This document shows positions 48,001 to 60,000 of a stretch of DNA of 64,000 nucleotides, piece by piece; positions within the stretch are counted from its first letter, which is position 1; the number at the start of each line of letters is the position of its first letter. The DNA is taken from NCBI RefSeq assembly GCF_009914755.1, contig NC_060940.1; one strand, given 5' to 3'. A program made the position numbers and the translations under genes. The stretch comes from the human T2T-CHM13v2.0 reference genome, Homo sapiens. Below the pieces are notes generated by a model. It was not told the origin of the DNA, made no database searches, and worked only from the letters and a program-made list of their open reading frames with translations.

Positions 48001-51000
48001 CTTGGCTGGCTTGGCTGGCTGGCTGGCTTTGGCTGGGTGGCTTGGCTGGGTGGCTTGGCTGGCTTGGCTGGCTTGGCTGGCTGCCTGGCTGGATTGGCTG
48101 GCTTGGCTCGTTGGCTGGCTTGGCTGGATGGCTGGCTTTGGCTGGGTGGCTTGGCTGGCTTGGCTGGCTGGGTGGCTTGGCTGGCTTGGCTGGCTGGCTT
48201 GGCTGCCTGGCTGGCTGGCTTGGCTGGCTCTGTGGCTTGGCTGTCTTGGCTGGCTTGGCTGGCTGGCTGGCTTGTCTGGCTGGCTGGCTGGCTTGGGTGG
48301 CTTGGCCGGCTGGCTGGCTGGCTGGCTTTGACTGGGTGGCTTGGCTGGCTTGCCTGGCTGGGTTGGTTGGCTGGCTTGGATGGCTTGGCCGGCTGGGTAG
48401 CTTGGCTGTCTTTGCTGGCTTGGCTGGATGGATGGCTTGGCTGGCTTGGCTGGCTGGCTGGCTGGCTTGGCTGGCTGGGCCGCTTGGCTGGCTTGGCTGG
48501 CTGGCTGGCTTGGCTGGCTTGGCTGGCTGGCTGGCTTTGACTGGGTGGCTTGGCTGGCTTGCCTGGCTGGGTTGGTTGGCTGGCTTGGATGGCTTGGCCG
48601 GCTGGGTGGCTTGGCTGGCTTGGCTGGATGGATGGCTTGGCTGGCTTGGCTGGCTTTGCTGGCTTGGCTGGCTGGCTGGCTGGCTTGGCTGGCTTGGCTG
48701 GCTGTCTGGCTGGATTGGCAGGCTTGGCTGGATGGCTGGCTTGGCTGGCTTGGCTGGCTGGCTGGCTGGCTTGGCTGGCTTGGCTGGCTGTCTGGCTGGA
48801 TTGGCAGGCTTGGCTGGATGGCTGGCTTGGCTGGCTTGGCTGGCTATGTGGCTTGGCTGGCTTGGCTGGCTATGTGGCTTGGCTGGCTTGGCTGGCTTGG
48901 CTGGCTGGCTGGCTTGGCTGGGTGGCTTGGTTGGCTGGGTCACTTGGCTGGCTTGGCTGGCTGGCTGGCTTTGGCTGGGTGGCTTGACTGGGTGGCTTGG
49001 CTGGCTTGGCTGGCTTGGCTGGCTGCCTGGCTGGATTGGCTGGCTTGGCTGGTTGGCTGGCTTGGCTGGATGGCTGGCTTTGGCTGGGTGGCTTGGCTGG
49101 CTTGGCTGGCTGGGTGGCTTGGCTGGCTTGGCTGGCTGGCTTGGCTGCCTGGCTGGCTGGCTTGGCTGGCTCTGTGGCTTGGCTGTCTTGGCTGGCTTGG
49201 CTGGCTGGCTGGCTTGTCTGGCTGGCTGGCTGGCTTGGGTGGCTTGGCCGGCTGGCTGGCTGGGTGGCTTTGACTGGGTGGCTTGGCTGGCTTGCCTGGC
49301 TGGGTTGGTTGGCTGGCTTGGATGGCTTGGCCGGCTGGGTAGCTTGGCTGTCTTTGCTGGCTTGGCTGGATGGATGGCTTGGCTGGCTTGGCTGGCTGGC
49401 TGGCTGGCTTGGCTGGCTTGGCTGGCTGTCTGGCTGGATTGGCAGGCTTGGCTGGATGGCTGGCTTGGCTGGCTATGTGGCTTGGCTGGCTTGGCTGGCT
49501 CTGTGGCTTGGCTGGCTTGGCTGGCTTGGCTGGCTTGGCTGGCTGGCTGGCTTGGCTGGGTGGCTTGGCTGGCTGGGTCACTTGGCTGGCTTGGCTGGCT
49601 GGCTGGCTTTGGCTGGCTGGCTTGGCTGGCTTGGCTGGCTGGGTGGCTTGGCTGGCTTGGATGGCTTGGCTGGCTTGGCCGGCTGTGCTGGCTTGGCTGG
49701 CTTGGCTGGCTGGCTGACTGGGTGGCTTGGCTGGCTGGCTGGCTTGGCTGGCTTGGCAGGCTGGATGGCTTGGCTGGCTTGGCTGGCTGGCTGGCTTCAC
49801 TGGCTTGGCTGGCTGGGTGGCTTGGCTGGCTTGGCTGGCTTGGTTGGCTTGGCTGGCTGGGTGGCTTGGCTGGCTTGGATGGCTGTCTTGGCTGCCTGGC
49901 TGGCCGGCTTGGCTGGCTGTGTGGCTTGGCTGTCTTGGCTGGCTTGGCTGGCTGGCTGGCTTGTCTGGCTGGCTGGCTGGCTTGGGTGGCTTGCCTGGCT
50001 GGCTGGCTTGGCTGGGTGGCTTGGCTGGCTGGGCCGCTTGGCTGGCTTGGCTGGCTGGCTGGCTTGGCTGGCTTGGCTGGCTGGCTGGCTTTGACTGGGT
50101 GGCTTGGCTGGCTTGCCTGGCTGGGTTGGTTGGCTGGCTTGGATGGCTTGGCCGGCTGGGTGGCTTGGCTGGCTTGGCTGGATGGATGGCTTGGCTGGCT
50201 TGGCTGGCTTTGCTGGCTTGGCTGGCTGGCTGGCTGGCTTGGCTGGCTTGGCTGGCTGTCTGGCTGGATTGGCAGGCTTGGCTGGATGGCTGGCTTGGCT
50301 GGCTTGGCTGGCTAAGTGGCTTGGCTGGCTTGGCTGGCTATGTGGCTTGGCTGGCTTGGCTGGCTTGGCTGGCTGGCTGGCTTGGCTGGGTGGCTTGGTT
50401 GGCTGGGTCACTTGGCTGGCTTGGCTGGCTGGGTGGCTTGGCTGGGTGGCTTGGCTGGCTTGGCTGGCTGCCTGGCTGGATTGGCTGGCTTGGCTGGTTG
50501 GCTGGCTTGGCTGGATGGCTGACTTTGGCTGGGTGGCTTGGCTGGCTTGGCTGGCTGGGTGGCTTGGCTGGCTTGGCTGGCTGGCTTGGCTGCCTGGCTG
50601 GCTGGCTTGGCTGGCTCTGTGGCTTGGCTGTCTTGGCTGGCTTGGCTGGCTGGCTGGCTTGTCTGGCTGGCTGGCTGGCTTGGGTGGCTTGGCTGGCTGG
50701 CTGGCTGGCTGGCTTTGACTGGGTGGCTTGGCTGGCTTGCCTGGCTGGGTTGGTTGGCTGGCTTGGATGGCTTGGCCGGCTGGGTAGCTTGGCTGTCTTT
50801 GCTGGCTTGGCTGGATGGATGGCTTGGCTGGCTTGGCTGGCTGGCTGGCTGGCTTGGCTGGCTTGGCTGGCTGTCTGGCTGGATTGGCAGGCTTGGCTGG
50901 ATGGCTGGCTTGGCTGGCTTGGCTGGCTATGTGGCTTGGCTGGCTTGGCTGGCTCTGTGGCTTGGCTGGCTTGGCTGGCTTGGCTGGCTGGCTGGCTTGG

Positions 51001-54000
51001 CTGGGTGGCTTGGCTGGCTGGGTCACTTGGCTGGCTTGGCTGGCTGGCCGGCTTTGGCTGGCTGGCTTGGCTGGCTTGGCTGGCTGGGTGGCTTGGCTGG
51101 CTTGGATGGCTTGGCTGGCTTGGCCGGCTGTGCTGGCTTGGCTGGCTTGGATGGCTGTCTTGGCTGCCTGGCTGGCCGGCTTGGCTGGCTGTGTGGCTTG
51201 GCTGTCTTGGCTGGCTTGGCTGGCTGGCTGGCTTGTCTGGCTGGCTGGCTGGCTTGGGTGGCTTGGCTGGCTGGCTGGCTTGGCTGGGTGGCTTGGCTGG
51301 CTGGGCCGCTTGGCTGGCTTGGCTGGCTGGCTGGCTTGGCTGGCTTGGCTGGCTGGCTGGCTTTGACTGGGTGGCTTGGCTGGCTTGCCTGGCTGGGTTG
51401 GTTGGCTGGCTTGGATGGCTTGGCCGGCTGGGTGGCTTGGCTGGCTTGGCTGGATGGATGGCTTGGCTGGCTTGGCTGGCTTGGCTGGCTGGCTGGCTGG
51501 CTTGCCTGGCTTGGCTGGCTGTCTGGCTGGATTGACAGGCTTGGCTGGATGGCTGGCTTGGCTGGCTTGGCTGGCTATGTGGCTTGGCTGGCTTGGCTGG
51601 CTATGTGGCTTGGCTGGCTTGGCTGGCTTGGCTGGCTGGCTGGCTTGGCTGGGTGGCTTGGTTGGCTGGGTCACTTGGCTGGCTTGGCTGGCTGGCTGGC
51701 TTTGGCTGGGTGGCTTGGCTGGGTGGCTTGGCTGGCTTGGCTGGCTTGGCTGGCTGCCTGGCTGGATTGGCTGGCTTGGCTGGTTGGCTGGCTTGGCTGG
51801 ATGGCTGGCTTTGGCTGGGTGGCTTGGCTGGCTTGGCTGGCTGGGTGGCTTGGCTGGCTTGGCTGGCTGGCTTGGCTGCCTGGCTGGCTGGCTTGGCTGG
51901 CTCTGTGGCTTGGCTGTCTTGGCTGGCTTGGCTGGCTGGCTGGCTTGTCTGGCTGGCTGGCTGGCTTGGCTGGCTGTCTGGCTGGATTGGCAGGCTTGGC
52001 TGGATGGCTGGCTTGGCTGGCTTGGCTGGCTGGCTGGCTGGCTTGGCTGGCTTGGCTGGCTATCTGGCTGGATTGGCAGGCTTGGCTGGATGGCTGGCTT
52101 GGCTGGCTTGGCTGGCTATGTGGCTTGGCTGGCTTGGCTGGCTATGTGGCTTGGCTGGCTTGGCTGGCTTGGCTGGCTGGCTGGCTTGGCTGGGTGGCTT
52201 GGTTGGCTGGGTCACTTGGCTGGCTTGGCTGGCTGGCTGGCTTTGGCTGGGTGGCTTGGCTGGGTGGCTTGGCCGGCTTGGCTGGCTTGGCTGGCTGCCT
52301 GGCTGGATTGGCTGGCTTGGCTGGTTGGCTGGCTTGGCTGGATGGCTGGCTTTGGCTGGGTGGCTTGGCTGGCTTGGCTGGCTGGGTGGCTTGGCTGGCT
52401 TGGCTGGCTGGCTTGGCTGCCTGGCTGGCTGGCTTGGCTGGCTCTGTGGCTTGGCTGTCTTGGCTGGCTTGGCTGGCTGGCTGGCTTGTCTGGCTGGCTG
52501 GCTGGCTTGGGTGGCTTGGCCGGCTGGCTGGCTGGCTGGCTTTGACTGGGTGGCTTGGCTGGCTTGCCTGGCTGGGTTGGTTGGCTGGCTTGGATGGCTT
52601 GGCCGGCTGGGTAGCTTGGCTGTCTTTGCTGGCTTGGCTGGATGGATGGCTTGGCTGGCTTGGCTGGCTGGCTGGCTGGCTTGGCTGGCTGGGCCGCTTG
52701 GCTGGCTTGGCTGGCTGGCTGGCTTGGCTGGCTTGGCTGGCTGGCTGGCTTTGACTGGGTGGCTTGGCTGGCTTGCCTGGCTGGGTTGGTTGGCTGGCTT
52801 GGATGGCTTGGCCGGCTGGGTGGCTTGGCTGGCTTGGCTGGATGGATGGCTTGGCTGGCTTGGCTGGCTTTGCTGGCTTGGCTGGCTGGCTGGCTGGCTT
52901 GGCTGGCTTGGCTGGCTGTCTGGCTGGATTGGCAGGCTTGGCTGGATGGCTGGCTTGGCTGGCTTGGCTGGCTGGCTGGCTGGCTTGGCTGGCTTGGCTG
53001 GCTGTCTGGCTGGATTGGCAGGCTTGGCTGGATGGCTGGCTTGGCTGGCTTGGCTGGCTATGTGGCTTGGCTGGCTTGGCTGGCTATGTGGCTTGGCTGG
53101 CTTGGCTGGCTTGGCTGGCTGGCTGGCTTGGCTGGGTGGCTTGGTTGGCTGGGTCACTTGGCTGGCTTGGCTGGCTGGCTGGCTTTGGCTGGGTGGCTTG
53201 ACTGGGTGGCTTGGCTGGCTTGGCTGGCTTGGCTGGCTGCCTGGCTGGATTGGCTGGCTTGGCTGGTTGGCTGGCTTGGCTGGATGGCTGGCTTTGGCTG
53301 GGTGGCTTGGCTGGCTTGGCTGGCTGGGTGGCTTGGCTGGCTTGGCTGGCTGGCTTGGCTGCCTGGCTGGCTGGCTTGGCTGGCTCTGTGGCTTGGCTGT
53401 CTTGGCTGGCTTGGCTGGCTGGCTGGCTTGTCTGGCTGGCTGGCTGGCTTGGGTGGCTTGGCCGGCTGGCTGGCTGGGTGGCTTTGACTGGGTGGCTTGG
53501 CTGGCTTGCCTGGCTGGGTTGGTTGGCTGGCTTGGATGGCTTGGCCGGCTGGGTAGCTTGGCTGTCTTTGCTGGCTTGGCTGGATGGATGGCTTGGCTGG
53601 CTTGGCTGGCTGGCTGGCTGGCTTGGCTGGCTTGGCTGGCTGTCTGGCTGGATTGGCAGGCTTGGCTGGATGGCTGGCTTGGCTGGCTTGGCTGGCTATG
53701 TGGCTTGGCTGGCTTGGCTGGCTCTGTGGCTTGGCTGGCTTGGCTGGCTTGGCTGGCTGGCTGGCTTGGCTGGGTGGCTTGGCTGGCTGGGTCACTTGGC
53801 TGGCTTGGCTGGCTGGCTGGCTTTGGCTGGCTGGCTTGGCTGGCTTGGCTGGCTGGGTGGCTTGGCTGGCTTGGATGGCTTGGCTGGCTTGGCCGGCTGT
53901 GCTGGCTTGGCTGGCTTGGCTGGCTGGCTGACTTGGTGGCTTGGCTGGCTGGCTGGCTTGGCTGGCTTGGCTGGCTGGATGGCTTGGCTGGCTTGGCTGG

Positions 54001-57000
54001 CTGGCTGGCTTCACTGGCTTGGCTGGCTGGGTGGCTTGGCTGGCTTGGTTGGCTTGGCTGGCTGGGTGGCTTGGCTGGCTTGGATGGCTGTCTTGGCTGC
54101 CTGGCTGGCCGGCTTGGCTGGCTGTGTGGCTTGGCTGTCTTGGCTGGCTTGGCTGGCCGGCTGGCTTGTCTGGCTGGCTGGCTGGCTTGGGTGGCTTGCC
54201 TGGCTGGCTGGCTTGGCTGGGTGGCTTGGCTGGCTGGGCCGCTTGGCTGGCTTGGCTGGCTGGCTGGCTTGGCTGGCTTGGCTGGCTGGCTGGCTTTGAC
54301 TGGGTGGCTTGGCTGGCTTGCCTGGCTGGGTTGGTTGGCTGGCTTGGATGGCTTGGCCGGCTGGGTGGCTTGGCTGGCTTGGCTGGATGGATGGCTTGGC
54401 TGGCTTGGCTGGCTTTGCTGGCTTGGCTGGCTGGCTGGCTGGCTTGGCTGGCTTGGCTGGCTGTCTGGCTGGATTGGCAGGCTTGGCTGGATGGCTGGCT
54501 TGGCTGGCTATGTGGCTTGGCTGGCTTGGCTGGCTATGTGGCTTGGCTGGCTTGGCTGGCTGGGTGGCTTGGCTGGCTTGGCTGGCTGGCTTGGCTGCCT
54601 GGCTGGCTGGCTTGGCTGGCTCTGTGGCTTGGCTGTCTTGGCTGGCTTGGCTGGCTGGCTGGCTTGTCTGGCTGGCTGGCTGGCTTGGGTGGCTTGGCTG
54701 GCTGGCTGGCTGGCTGGCTTTGACTGGGTGGCTTGGCTGGCTTGCCTGGCTGGGTTGGTTGGCTGGCTTGGATGGCTTGGCCGGCTGGGTAGCTTGGCTG
54801 TCTTTGCTGGCTTGGCTGGATGGATGGCTTGGCTGGCTTGGCTGGCTGGCTGGCTGGCTTGGCTGGCTTGGCTGGCTGTCTGGCTGGATTGGCAGGCTTG
54901 GCTGGATGGCTGGCTTGGCTGGCTTGGCTGGCTATGTGGCTTGGCTGGCTTGGCTGGCTCTGTGGCTTGGCTGGCTTGGCTGGCTTGGCTGGCTTGGCTG
55001 GCTGGCTGGCTTGGCTGGGTGGCTTGGCTGGCTGGGTCACTTGGCTGGCTTGGCTGGCTGGCCGGCTTTGGCTGGCTGGCTTGGCTGGCTTGGCTGGCTG
55101 GGTGGCTTGGCTGGCTTGGATGGCTTGGCTGGCTTGGCCGGCTGTGCTGGCTTGGCTGGCTTGGATGGCTGTCTTGGCTGCCTGGCTGGCCGGCTTGGCT
55201 GGCTGTGTGGCTTGGCTGTCTTGGCTGGCTTGGCTGGCTGGCTGGCTTGTCTGGCTGGCTGGCTGGCTTGGGTGGCTTGGCTGGCTGGCTGGCTTGGCTG
55301 GGTGGCTTGGCTGGCTGGGCCGCTTGGCTGGCTTGGCTGGCTGGCTGGCTTGGCTGGCTTGGCTGGCTGGCTGGCTTTGACTGGGTGGCTTGGCTGGCTT
55401 GCCTGGCTGGGTTGGTTGGCTGGCTTGGATGGCTTGGCCGGCTGGGTGGCTTGGCTGGCTTGGCTGGATGGATGGCTTGGCTGGCTTGGCTGGCTTGGCT
55501 GGCTGGCTGGCTGGCTTGCCTGGCTTGGCTGGCTGTCTGGCTGGATTGACAGGCTTGGCTGGATGGCTGGCTTGGCTGGCTTGGCTGGCTATGTGGCTTG
55601 GCTGGCTTGGCTGGCTATGTGGCTTGGCTGGCTTGGCTGGCTTGGCTGGCTGGCTGGCTTGGCTGGGTGGCTTGGTTGGCTGGGTCACTTGGCTGGCTTG
55701 GCTGGCTGGCTGGCTTTGGCTGGGTGGCTTGGCTGGGTGGCTTGGCTGGCTTGGCTGGCTTGGCTGGCTGCCTGGCTGGATTGGCTGGCTTGGCTGGTTG
55801 GCTGGCTTGGCTGGATGGCTGGCTTTGGCTGGGTGGCTTGGCTGGCTTGGCTGGCTGGGTGGCTTGGCTGGCTTGGCTGGCTGGCTTGGCTGCCTGGCTG
55901 GCTGGCTTGGCTGGCTCTGTGGCTTGGCTGTCTTGGCTGGCTTGGCTGGCTGGCTGGCTTGTCTGGCTGGCTGGCAGGCTTGGGTGGCTTGGCCGGCTGG
56001 CTGGCTGGCTGGCTTTGACTGGGTGGCTTGGCTGGCTTGCCTGGCTGGGTTGGTTGGCTGGCTTGGATGGCTTGGCCGGCTGGGTAGCTTGGCTGTCTTT
56101 GCTGGCTTGGCTGGATGGATGGCTTGGCTGGCTTGGCTGGCTGGCTGGCTGGCTTGGCTGGCTGGGCCGCTTGGCTGGCTTGGCTGGCTGGCTGGCTTGG
56201 CTGGCTTGGCTGGCTGGCTGGCTTTGACTGGGTGGCTTGGCTGGCTTGCCTGGCTGGGTTGGTTGGCTGGCTTGGATGGCTTGGCCGGCTGGGTGGCTTG
56301 GCTGGCTTGGCTGGATGGATGGCTTGGCTGGCTTGGCTGGCTTTGCTGGCTTGGCTGGCTGGCTGGCTGGCTTGGCTGGCTTGGCTGGCTGTCTGGCTGG
56401 ATTGGCAGGCTTGGCTGGATGGCTGGCTTGGCTTGCTTGGCTGGCTGGCTGGCTGGCTTGGCTGGCTTGGCTGGCTGTCTGGCTGGATTGGCAGGCTTGG
56501 CTGGATGGCTGGCTTGGCTGGCTATGTGGCTTGGCTGGCTTGGCTGGCTATGTGGCTTGGCTGGCTTGGCTGGCTTGGCTGGCTGGCTGGCTTGGCTGGG
56601 TGGCTTGGTTGGCTGGGTCACTTGGCTGGCTTGGCTGGCTGGCTGGCTTTGGCTGGGTGGCTTGACTGGGTGGCTTGGCTGGCTTGGCTGGCTTGGCTGG
56701 CTGCCTGGCTGGATTGGCTGGCTTGGCTGGTTGGCTGGCTTGGCTGGATGGCTGGCTTTGGCTGGGTGGCTTGGCTGGCTTGGCTGGCTGGGTGGCTTGG
56801 CTGGCTTGGCTGGCTGGCTTGGCTGCCTGGCTGGCTGGCTTGGCTGGCTCTGTGGCTTGGCTGTCTTGGCTGGCTTGGCTGGCTGGCTGGCTTGTCTGGC
56901 TGGCTGGCTGGCTTGGGTGGCTTGGCCGGCTGGCTGGCTGGGTGGCTTTGACTGGGTGGCTTGGCTGGCTTGCCTGGCTGGGTTGGTTGGCTGGCTTGGA

Positions 57001-60000
57001 TGGCTTGGCCGGCTGGGTAGCTTGGCTGTCTTTGCTGGCTTGGCTGGATGGATGGCTTGGCTGGCTTGGCTGGCTGGCTGGCTGGCTTGGCTGGCTTGGC
57101 TGGCTGTCTGGCTGGATTGGCAGGCTTGGCTGGATGGCTGGCTTGGCTGGCTTGGCTGGCTATGTGGCTTGGCTGGCTTGGCTGGCTCTGTGGCTTGGCT
57201 GGCTTGGCTGGCTTGGCTGGCTTGGCTGGCTGGCTGGCTTGGCTGGGTGGCTTGGCTGGCTGGGTCACTTGGCTGGCTTGGCTGGCCGGCTGGCTTTGGC
57301 TGGCTGGCTTGGCTGGCTTGGCTGGCTGGGTGGCTTGGCTGGCTTGGATGGCTTGGCTGGCTTGGCCGGCTGTGCTGGCTTGGCTGGCTTGGCTGGCTGG
57401 CTGACTGGGTGGCTTGGCTGGCTGGCTGGCTTGGCTGGCTTGGCTGGCTGGATGGCTTGGCTGGCTTGGCTGTCTGGCTGGCTTCACTGGCTTGGCTGGC
57501 TGGGTGGCTTGGCTGGCTTGGCTGGCTTGGTTGGCTTGGCTGGCTGGGTGGCTTGGCTGGCTTGGATGGCTGTCTTGGCTGCCTGGCTGGCCGGCTTGGC
57601 TGGCTGTGTGGCTTGGCTGTCTTGGCTGGCTTGGCTGGCTGGCTGGCTTGTCTGGCTGGCTGGCTGGCTTGGGTGGCTTGCCTGGCTGGCTGGCTTGGCT
57701 GGGTGGCTTGGCTGGCTGGGCTGCTTGGCTGGCTTGGCTGGCTGGCTGGCTTGGCTGGCTTGGCTGGCTGGCTGGCTTTGACTGGGTGGCTTGGCTGGCT
57801 TGCCTGGCTGGGTTGGTTGGCTGGCTTGGATGGCTTGGCCGGCTGGGTGGCTTGGCTGGCTTGGCTGGATGGATGGCTTGGCTGGCTTGGCTGGCTTTGC
57901 TGGCTTGGCTGGCTGGCTGGCTGGCTTGGCTGGCTTGGCTGGCTGTCTGGCTGGATTGGCAGGCTTGGCTGGATGGCTGGCTTGGCTGGCTTGGCTGGCT
58001 ATGTGGCTTGGCTGGCTTGGCTGGCTATGTGGCTTGGCTGGCTTGGCTGGCTTGGCTGGCTGGCTGGCTTGGCTGGGTGGCTTGGTTGGCTGGGTCACTT
58101 GGCTGGCTTGGCTGGCTGGGTGGCTTGGCTGGGTGGCTTGGCTGGCTTGGCTGGCTGCCTGGCTGGATTGGCTGGCTTGGCTGGTTGGCTGGCTTGGCTG
58201 GATGGCTGGCTTTGGCTGGGTGGCTTGGCTGGCTTGGCTGGCTGGGTGGCTTGGCTGGCTTGGCTGGCTGGCTTGGCTGCCTGGCTGGCTGGCTTGGCTG
58301 GCTCTGTGGCTTGGCTGTCTTGGCTGGCTTGGCTGGCTGGCTGGCTTGTCTGGCTGGCTGGCTGGCTTGGGTGGCTTGGCTGGCTGGCTGGCTGGCTGGC
58401 TTTGACTGGGTGGCTTGGCTGGCTTGCCTGGCTGGGTTGGTTGGCTGGCTTGGATGGCTTGGCCGGCTGGGTAGCTTGGCTGTCTTTGCTGGCTTGGCTG
58501 GATGGATGGCTTGGCTGGCTTGGCTGGCTGGCTGGCTGGCTTGGCTGGCTTGGCTGGCTTGGCTGGCTGTCTGGCTGGATTGGCAGGCTTGGCTGGATGG
58601 CTGGCTTGGCTGGCTTGGCTGGCTATGTGGCTTGGCTGGCTTGGCTGACTCTGTGGCTTGGCTGGCTTGGCTGGCTTGGCTGGCTTGGCTGGCTGGCTGG
58701 CTTGGCTGGGTGGCTTGGCTGGCTGGGTCACTTGGCTGGCTTGGCTGGCTGGCCGGCTTTGGCTGGCTGGCTTGGCTGGCTTGGCTGGCTGGGTGGCTTG
58801 GCTGGCTTGGATGGCTTGGCTGGCTTGGCCGGCTGTGCTGGCTTGGCTGGCTTGGATGGCTGTCTTGGCTGCCTGGCTGGCCGGCTTGGCTGGCTGTGTG
58901 GCTTGGCTGTCTTGGCTGGCTTGGCTGGCTGGCTGGCTTGTCTGGCTGGCTGGCTGGCTTGGGTGGCTTGGCTGGCTGGCTGGCTTGGCTGGGTGGCTTG
59001 GCTGGCTGGGCCGCTTGGCTGGCTTGGCTGGCTGGCTGGCTTGGCTGGCTTGGCTGGCTGGCTGGCTTTGACTGGGTGGCTTGGCTGGCTTGCCTGGCTG
59101 GGTTGGTTGGCTGGCTTGGATGGCTTGGCCGGCTGGGTGGCTTGGCTGGCTTGGCTGGATGGATGGCTTGGCTGGCTTGGCTGGCTTGGCTGGCTGGCTG
59201 GCTGGCTTGCCTGGCTTGGCTGGCTGTCTGGCTGGATTGACAGGCTTGGCTGGATGGCTGGCTTGGCTGGCTTGGCTGGCTATGTGGCTTGGCTGGCTTG
59301 GCTGGCTATGTGGCTTGGCTGGCTTGGCTGGCTTGGCTGCCTGGCTGGCTTGGCTGGGTGGCTTGGTTGGCTGGGTCACTTGGCTGGCTTGGCTGGCTGG
59401 CTGGCTTTGGCTGGGTGGCTTGGCTGGCTTGGCTGGCTGGGTGGCTTGGGTGGCTTGGCTGGTTGGCTGGCTGGGTGGCTTGGCTGGCTTGGTTCGCTGG
59501 GTGGCTTGGCTGGCTTGGGTGGCTCTGTGGCTTGGCTGGCTGGGTTGCCTGGGTGGCTTGGCTGGCTGGCTTGGCGGCTTGGGTGGCTTGGCTCGCTTGG
59601 GTGGCTTTGCTGGCTGGCTTGGCTGGCTTCGCTGGCTTGCCTGGCTTGCCTGGCTGGCTGGCTTGGCCGGCTTGGCTGCCTGGCTGGCTTGGCTGGCTTG
59701 GCTGGCTTCGCTGGCTTGCCTGGCTTGCCTGGCTGGCTGGCTTGGCCGGCTTGGCTGCCTGGCTGGCTTGGCTGGCTTGGCTGGCTGGCTTTGGCTGGGT
59801 GGTTTGGCTGGCTTGTCCGGCTGGGTGGCTTGGCTGCCTTGGCCGGCTGGATTTCTTGGCTGGCTTGACTGGCTGGCTGGCTTGGCTGGCATGGCTGGCT
59901 GGCTGGCTAGGCTGGCTTGGATCGCTGGCTGGCTTTGGCTGGGAGGCTTGGCTGCCTTGGCAGGCTGGTTGGCTTGGCTGGCTTGGCTGGCTTGGCTGGC

